Below the pieces are notes generated by a model. That model was not told the DNA's origin. It worked only from the letters and a program-made list of their open reading frames with translations, and searched no databases. This document shows, piece by piece, positions 55,001 to 64,000 of a stretch of DNA of 64,000 nt; the first letter of the stretch is position 1; every line of letters starts with the position of its first letter. The stretch is from Eledone cirrhosa (lineage: Eukaryota), in NCBI GenBank assembly GCA_964016885.1, contig OZ024743.1:90272001-90336000 (forward strand), in the 5' to 3' direction. Made by a program: the position numbers and the translations under genes.

Positions 55001-58000
55001 CACTGTATCTATACGGTCAACATCTACACACTGTATCTATCTTTACAGTCAACATCTATACACTGTATCTATATAGGCAACATCTACACACTGTATTTAT
55101 ATAGTCAACATCTACACACTGTATCTATCTATACAGTCAACATCTACACACTGTATCTATACAGTCAACATCTACACACTGTATCTATATAGTCAACATC
55201 TACACACTGTATCTATATAGTCAACATCTACACACTGTATCTATATAGTCAACATCTACACACTGTATCTATACAGTCAACATCTACACACTGTACCTAT
55301 ACAGTCAACATCTACACACTGTATCTATCTATATAGTCAACATCTACACACTGTATCTATCTATACAGTCAACATCTACACACTGTATCTATCTATACAG
55401 TCAACATCTACACACTGTATCTATATAGTCAACATCTACACACTGTATCTATATATATAGTCAACATCTACACACTGTATCTATATAGTCAACATCTACA
55501 CACTGTATCTATATATATAGTCAACATCTACACACTGTATCTATATACATAGTCAACATCTACACACTGTATCTATCTATACAGTCAACATCTACACACT
55601 GTATCTATCTATACAGTCAACATCTACACACGGTATCTATATATATATAGTCAACATCTACACACTGTATCTTTCTATACAGTCAACATCTACACACTGT
55701 ATCTATACAGTCAACATCTACACACTGTATCTATCTATACAGTCAACATCTACAAAGGGTATCTATATAGTCAACACCTACACACTCTATCTATCTATAC
55801 AGTCAACATCTACACACTATATCTATATAGTCAACATCTACACACTGTATCTATCTATACTGTCAACATCTACACACTGTATCTATCTATACAGTCAACA
55901 TCTACACACTGTGTCTATCTATACAGTCAACATCTACACACTGTATCTATACAGTCAACATCTACACACTATCTATACAGTCAAAATCTACACACTGTAT
56001 CTATCTATATAGTCAATATCTACACACTGTATCTATATAGTCAACATCTACACATTGTATCTATCTATACAGTCAACATCTACACACTGTATCTATATAG
56101 TCAACATCTACACACTGTATCTATACAGTCAACATCTACACACTGTATCTATCTATACAGTCAACATCTATACACTGTATCTATATAGTCAACATCTACA
56201 CACTGTATCTATATAGTCAACATCTACACACTGTATCTATCTATAAAGTCAACATCTACACACTGTATCTATCTATAAAGGCAACATCTACACACTGTAT
56301 CTATCTATATAGTCAACATCTACACACTGTATCTATATAGTCAACATCTACACACTGTATCTATATAGTCAACATCTACACACTGTATCTATATAGTCAA
56401 CATCTACACACTGTATCTATATAGTCAACATCTACACACTGTATCTATATAGTCAACATCTACACACTGTATCTATACAGTCAACATCTACACGCTGAAT
56501 CTATCTATACAGTCAATATCTATACACTGTATCTATCTATACAGTCAACATCTATACACTGTATCTATATAGGCAACATCTACACACTGTATCTATAGTC
56601 AACATCTACACACTGTATCTATACAGTCAACATCTACACACTGTATCTATCTATATAGTCAACATCTACACACTGTATCTATATAGTCAACATCTCCACA
56701 CTGTATCTATATAGTCAACATCTACACACTGTATCTATATAGTCAACATCTACACACTGTATCTATATAGTCAACATCTACACACTGTATCTATACAGTC
56801 AACATCTACATGCTGTATCTATCTATACAGTCAATATCTATACACTGTATCTATATAGTCAACATCTACACACTGTATCTATCTATACAGTCAACATCTA
56901 TACACTGTATCTATATAGGCAACATCTACACACTGTATCTATCTATACTGTCAACATCTACACACTGTATCTATCTATACAGTCAAAATCTACACACTGT
57001 GTCTATATATACAGTCAACATCTACACACTGTATATATACAGTCAACATCTACACACTGTATCTATATAGTCAACATCTACACACTGTATCTATCTATAC
57101 AGTCAACATCTACACACTGTATCTATATAGTCAACATCTACACACTGTATCTATCTATACAGTCAACATCTACACACTGTATCTATCTATACAGTCAACA
57201 TCTACACACTGTATCTACATAGTCAACATCTACACACTGTATCTATCTATATAGTCAACATCTATACACTGTATTTATATAGTCAACATCTACACACTGT
57301 ATCTATCTATACTGTCAACATCTACACACTGTATCTATCTATACAGTCAACATCTACACACTGTGTCTATCTATCCAGTCAACATCTACACTCTGTATCT
57401 ATACAGTCAATATCGACACACTGTATCTATACAGCCAACATCTACACACTGTATCTATATAGTCAACATCTACACACTGTATCTATATATATAGTCAACA
57501 TCTACACACTGTATCTATATACATAGTCAACATCTACACACTGTATCTATCTATACAGTCAACATCTACACACTGTATCTATCTATACAGTCAACATCTA
57601 CACACGGTATCTATATATATATAGTCAACATCTACACACTGTATCTTTCTATACAGTCAACATCTACACACTGTATCTATACAGTCAACATCTACACACT
57701 GTATCTATCTATACAGTCAACATCTACAAAGGGTATCTATATAGTCAACACCTACACACTGTATCTATCTATACAGTCAACATCTACACACTATATCTAT
57801 ATAGTCAACATCTACACACTGTATCTATCTATACTGTCAACATCTACACACTGTATCTATCTATACAGTCAACATCTACACACTGTGTCTATCTATACAG
57901 TCAACATCTACACACTGTATCTATACAGTCAACATCTACACACTATCTATACAGTCAAAATCTACACACTGTATCTATCTATATAGTCAATATCTACACA

Positions 58001-61000
58001 CTGTATCTATATAGTCAACATCTACACATTGTATCTATCTATACAGTCAACATCTACACACTGTATCTATATAGTCAACATCTACACACTGTATCTATAC
58101 AGTCAACATCTACACACTGTATCTATACAGTCAACATCTACACACTGTATCTATCTATACAGTCAACATCTATACACTGTATCTATATAGTCAACATCTA
58201 CACACTGTATCTATATAGTCAACATCTACACACTGTATCTATCTATAAAGTCAACATCTACACACTGTATCTATCTATAAAGGCAACATCTACACACTGT
58301 ATCTATATAGTCAACATCTACACACTGTATCTATATAGTCAACATCTACACACTGTATCTATATAGTCAACATCTACACACTGTATCTATATAGTCAACA
58401 TCTACACACTGTATCTATATAGTCAACATCTACACACTGTATATATACAGTCAACATCTACACACTGTATCTATATAGTCAACATCTACACACTGTCTCT
58501 ATCTATATAGTCAACATCGATACACTGTATTTATATAGTCAACATCTACACACTGTATCTATACAGGAAACATCTACATACTGTATCTATCTATATAGTC
58601 AACATCTATACACTGTATTTATATAGTCAACATCTACACACTGTATCTATCTATACTGTCAACATCTACACACTGTATCTATCTATACAGTCAAAATCTA
58701 CACACTGTGTCTATCTATCCAGTCAACATCTACACACTGTATCTATACAGTCAACATCGACACACTGTATCTATACAGCCAACATCTACACACTGTATCT
58801 ATATAGTCAGCATCTACACACTGTATCTATATATGTAGTCAACATCTACACTGTATCTATATAGTCAACATCTACACACTGTATCTATATAGTCAACATC
58901 TACACACTGTATCTATACAGTCAACATCTACACACTGTATCTATACAGTCAACATCTACACACTATCTATACAGTCAACATCTACACACTGTATCTATCT
59001 ATACAATCAACATCTACACACTGTATCTATCTATATAGTCAACATCTATACACTGTATCTATATAGTCAACATCTACACACTGTATCTATCTATACAGTC
59101 AACATCTACACACTGTATCTATACAGTCAACATCTACACACTGTATCTATATAGTCAACATCTACACACTGTATCTATATAGTCAACGTCTACACACTGT
59201 ATCTATATAGTCAACATCTACACACTGTATCTATCTATATAGTCAACATCTACACACTGTATCTATACAGTCAACATCTACACACTGTATCTATACGGTC
59301 AACATCTACACACTGTATCTATCTTTACAGTCAACATCTATACACTGTATCTATATAGGCAACATCTACACACTGTATTTATATAGTCAACATCTACACA
59401 CTGTATCTATCTATACAGTCAACATCTACACACTGTATCTATACAGTCAACATCTACACACTGTATCTATATAGTCAACATCTACACACTGTATCTATAT
59501 AGTCAACATCTACACACTGTATCTATATAGTCAACATCTACACACTGTATCTATACAGTCAACATCTACACACTGTACCTATACAGTCAACATCTACACA
59601 CTGTATCTATCTATATAGTCAACATCTACACACTGTATCTATCTATACAGTCAACATCTACACACTGTATCTATCTATACAGTCAACATCTACACACTGT
59701 ATCTATATAGTCAACATCTACACACTGTATCTATATATATAGTCAACATCTACACACTGTATCTATATAGTCAACATCTACACACTGTATCTATATATAT
59801 AGTCAACATCTACACACTGTATCTATATACATAGTCAACATCTACACACTGTATCTATCTATACAGTCAACATCTACACACTGTATCTATCTATACAGTC
59901 AACATCTACACACGGTATCTATATATATATAGTCAACATCTACACACTGTATCTTTCTATACAGTCAACATCTACACACTGTATCTATACAGTCAACATC
60001 TACACACTGTATCTATCTATACAGTCAACATCTACAAAGGGTATCTATATAGTCAACACCTACACACTCTATCTATCTATACAGTCAACATCTACACACT
60101 ATATCTATATAGTCAACATCTACACACTGTATCTATCTATACTGTCAACATCTACACACTGTATCTATCTATACAGTCAACATCTACACACTGTGTCTAT
60201 CTATACAGTCAACATCTACACACTGTATCTATACAGTCAACATCTACACACTATCTATACAGTCAAAATCTACACACTGTATCTATCTATATAGTCAATA
60301 TCTACACACTGTATCTATATAGTCAACATCTACACATTGTATCTATCTATACAGTCAACATCTACACACTGTATCTATATAGTCAACATCTACACACTGT
60401 ATCTATACAGTCAACATCTACACACTGTATCTATCTATACAGTCAACATCTATACACTGTATCTATATAGTCAACATCTACACACTGTATCTATATAGTC
60501 AACATCTACACACTGTATCTATCTATAAAGTCAACATCTACACACTGTATCTATCTATAAAGGCAACATCTACACACTGTATCTATCTATATAGTCAACA
60601 TCTACACACTGTATCTATATAGTCAACATCTACACACTGTATCTATATAGTCAACATCTACACACTGTATCTATATAGTCAACATCTACACACTGTATCT
60701 ATATAGTCAACATCTACACACTGTATCTATATAGTCAACATCTACACACTGTATCTATACAGTCAACATCTACACGCTGAATCTATCTATACAGTCAATA
60801 TCTATACACTGTATCTATCTATACAGTCAACATCTATACACTGTATCTATATAGGCAACATCTACACACTGTATCTATAGTCAACATCTACACACTGTAT
60901 CTATACAGTCAACATCTACACACTGTATCTATCTATATAGTCAACATCTACACACTGTATCTATATAGTCAACATCTCCACACTGTATCTATATAGTCAA

Positions 61001-64000
61001 CATCTACACACTGTATCTATATAGTCAACATCTACACACTGTATCTATATAGTCAACATCTACACACTGTATCTATCTATACAGTCAACATCTATACACT
61101 GTATCTATATAGGCAACATCTACACACTGTATCTATCTATACTGTCAACATCTACACACTGTATCTATCTATACAGTCAACATCTATACACTGTATCTAT
61201 ATAGTCAACATCTACACACTGTATCTATATATATAGTCAACATCTACACACTGTATATATACAGTCAACATCTACACACTGTATCTATATAGTCAACATC
61301 TACACACTGTATATATACAGTCAACATCTACATGCTGTATCTATCTATACAGTCAATATCTATACACTGTATCTATATAGTCAACATCTACACACTGTAT
61401 CTATCTATACAGTCAACATCTATACACTGTATCTATATAGGCAACATCTACACACTGTATCTATCTATACTGTCAACATCTACACACTGTATCTATCTAT
61501 ACAGTCAAAATCTACACACTGTGTCTATATATACAGTCAACATCTACACACTGTATATATACAGTCAACATCTACACACTGTATCTATATAGTCAACATC
61601 TACACACTGTATCTATCTATACAGTCAACATCTACACACTGTATCTATCTATACAGTCAACATCTACACACTGTATCTACATAGTCAACATCTACACACT
61701 GTATCTATCTATATAGTCAACATCTATACACTGTATTTATATAGTCAACATCTACACACTGTATCCATCTATACTGTCAACATCTACACACTGTATCTAT
61801 CTATACAGTCAACATCTACACACTGTGTCTATCTATCCAGTCAACATCTACACTCTGTATCTATACAGTCAATATCGACACACTGTATCTATACAGCCAA
61901 CATCTACACACTGTATCTATATAGTCAACATCTACACACTGTATCTATATATATAGTCAACATCTACACACTGTATCTATATAGTCAACATCTACACACT
62001 GTATCTATACAGTCAACATCTACACACTGTATCTATACAGTCAACATCTACACACTATCTATACAGTCAACATCTACACACTGTATCTATCTATACAATC
62101 AACATCTACACACTGTATCTATCTATATAGTCAACATCTATACACTGTATCTATATAGTCAACATCTACACACTGTATCTATCTATACAGTCAACATCTA
62201 CACACTGTATCTATACAGTCAACATCTACACACTGTATCTATATAGTCAACATCTACACACTGTATCTATATAGTCAGCATCTACACACTGTATCTATAT
62301 AGTCAACATCTACACACAGTATCTATCTATATAGTCAACATCTACACACTGTATCTATACAGTCAACATCTACACACTGTATCTATCTATATAGTCAACA
62401 TCTACACACTGTATCTATATAGTCAACATCTACACACTGTATCTATATAGTCAACATATACACACTGTATCTATATAGTCAACATCTACACACTGTATCT
62501 ATATAGTCAACATCTACACACTGTATCTATATAGTCAACATCTACACACTGTATCTATATAGTCAACATCTACACACTGTATCTATACGGTCAACATCTA
62601 CACGCTGTATCTATCTATATAGTCAACATCTACACACTGTATCTATACAGTCAACATCTACACACTGTATCTATCTATATAGTCAACATCTACACACTGT
62701 ATCTATATAGTCAACATCTACACACTGTATCTATATAGTCAACATCTACACACTGTATCTATATAGTCAACATCTACACACTGTATCTATAGTCAACATC
62801 TACACACTGTATCTATCTATACAGTCAACATCTATACACTGTATCTATATAGTCACAATCTACACGCTGTATCTATCTATACAGTTAACATCTACACACT
62901 GTATCTATACAGTCAACATCTACACACTGTATCTATATAGTCAACATCTACACACTGTATCTATAGTCAACATCTACACACTGTATCTATATATATATAG
63001 TCAACATCTACACACTGTATCTTTCTATACAGTCAACATCTACACACTGTATCTATCTATACAGTCAACATCTACACACTGTATCTATATAATCAACATC
63101 TATGCACTGTATCTATATAGTCAACATCTACACACTGTATCTATATAGTCAACATCTACACACTGTATCTATCTATACAGTCAACATCTACACACTGTAT
63201 CTATATATATAGTCAACATCTACACACTGTTCTATATAGTCAACATCTACACACTGTATCTATATAGTCAACATCTACACACTGTATCTATATAGTCAAC
63301 ATCTACACACTGTATCTATCTATATAGTCAACATCTACACACTGTATCTATCTATATAGTCAACATCTACACACTGTATCTATCTATACAGTCAACATCT
63401 ACACACTGTATCTATCTATACAGTCAACATCTACACACTGTATCTATATCGTCAACATCTACACACTGTATCTATATATACTGTCAACATCTACACACTG
63501 TATCTATATAGTCAACATCTACACACTGTATCTATATATATAGTCAACATCTACACACTGTATCTATATATATAGTCAACATTTACACACTGTATCTATC
63601 TATACAGTCAACATCTACACACTGTATCTATATATATAGTCCTCATCTACACACTGTATCTTTCTATACAGTCAACATCTACACACTGTATCTATCTATA
63701 CAGTCAACATCTACACACTGTGTCTATCTATACAGTCAACATCTACACGCTGTATATATACAGTCAACATCAACACACTGTATCTATATATATAGTCCAC
63801 ATCTACACACTGTATCTATATAGTCAACATCTACACACTGTATCTATCTATATAGTCAACATCTACACACTGTATCTATCTATACAGTCAACATCTACAC
63901 ACTGTATCTATCTATACATTCAACATCTACACACTGTATCGATATAGTCAACATCGACACACTGTATCTATCTATACAGTCAACATCTACACACTGTATC
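25021..64000. repeat. Large satellite array, monomer AGTCAACATCTACACACTGTAT(CTAT/ATAT)0-1CTATA(T/C), 28 or 32 bp; runs past the window end
   Basis: About 39 kb of uninterrupted head-to-tail monomers in one orientation, with sporadic point variants and rare 26/29/30/34-bp units. Confidence 0.99.

Noticed and set aside
24998-63947. Many short ORFs (YSQHLHTVSI.. / VNIYTLYL..)
   Set aside because: These are translations of satellite monomers with frequent stops and no evidence of coding.
25021-64000. CRISPR-like array (repeat length 28-32 bp)
   Set aside because: The monomers are directly adjacent with no unique spacers, there are no cas genes, and the context is eukaryotic.

Overview
This is eukaryotic, AT-rich, repeat-dominated DNA. 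The SINE and RTE families look cephalopod (Octopus-like), which is recognised from memory and not from a search. No intact host protein-coding gene can be supported. Bases 1-3.9 kb hold a cluster of Penelope-like retroelement (PLE) remnants lodged in (TA)n tracts. It includes a 5'-truncated RT-thumb/GIY-YIG element, a 547-bp inverted repeat, two kinds of perfect fold-back palindrome, and five minimal type-I hammerhead ribozyme motifs plus one partial motif, from three sequence families on both strands. Bases 4-25 kb are a patchwork of a piggyBac-type and a hAT-type MITE, a Helentron/HINE-like element, tRNA-derived SINEs, a CRE-type endonuclease fragment, RTE LINE pieces (one with an uninterrupted ORF) and micro/minisatellites. 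From about 25 kb to the end is one 39-kb satellite array of 28/32-bp monomers with nested higher-order duplications (about 2.0-2.3 kb, 4282 bp, 8356 bp).
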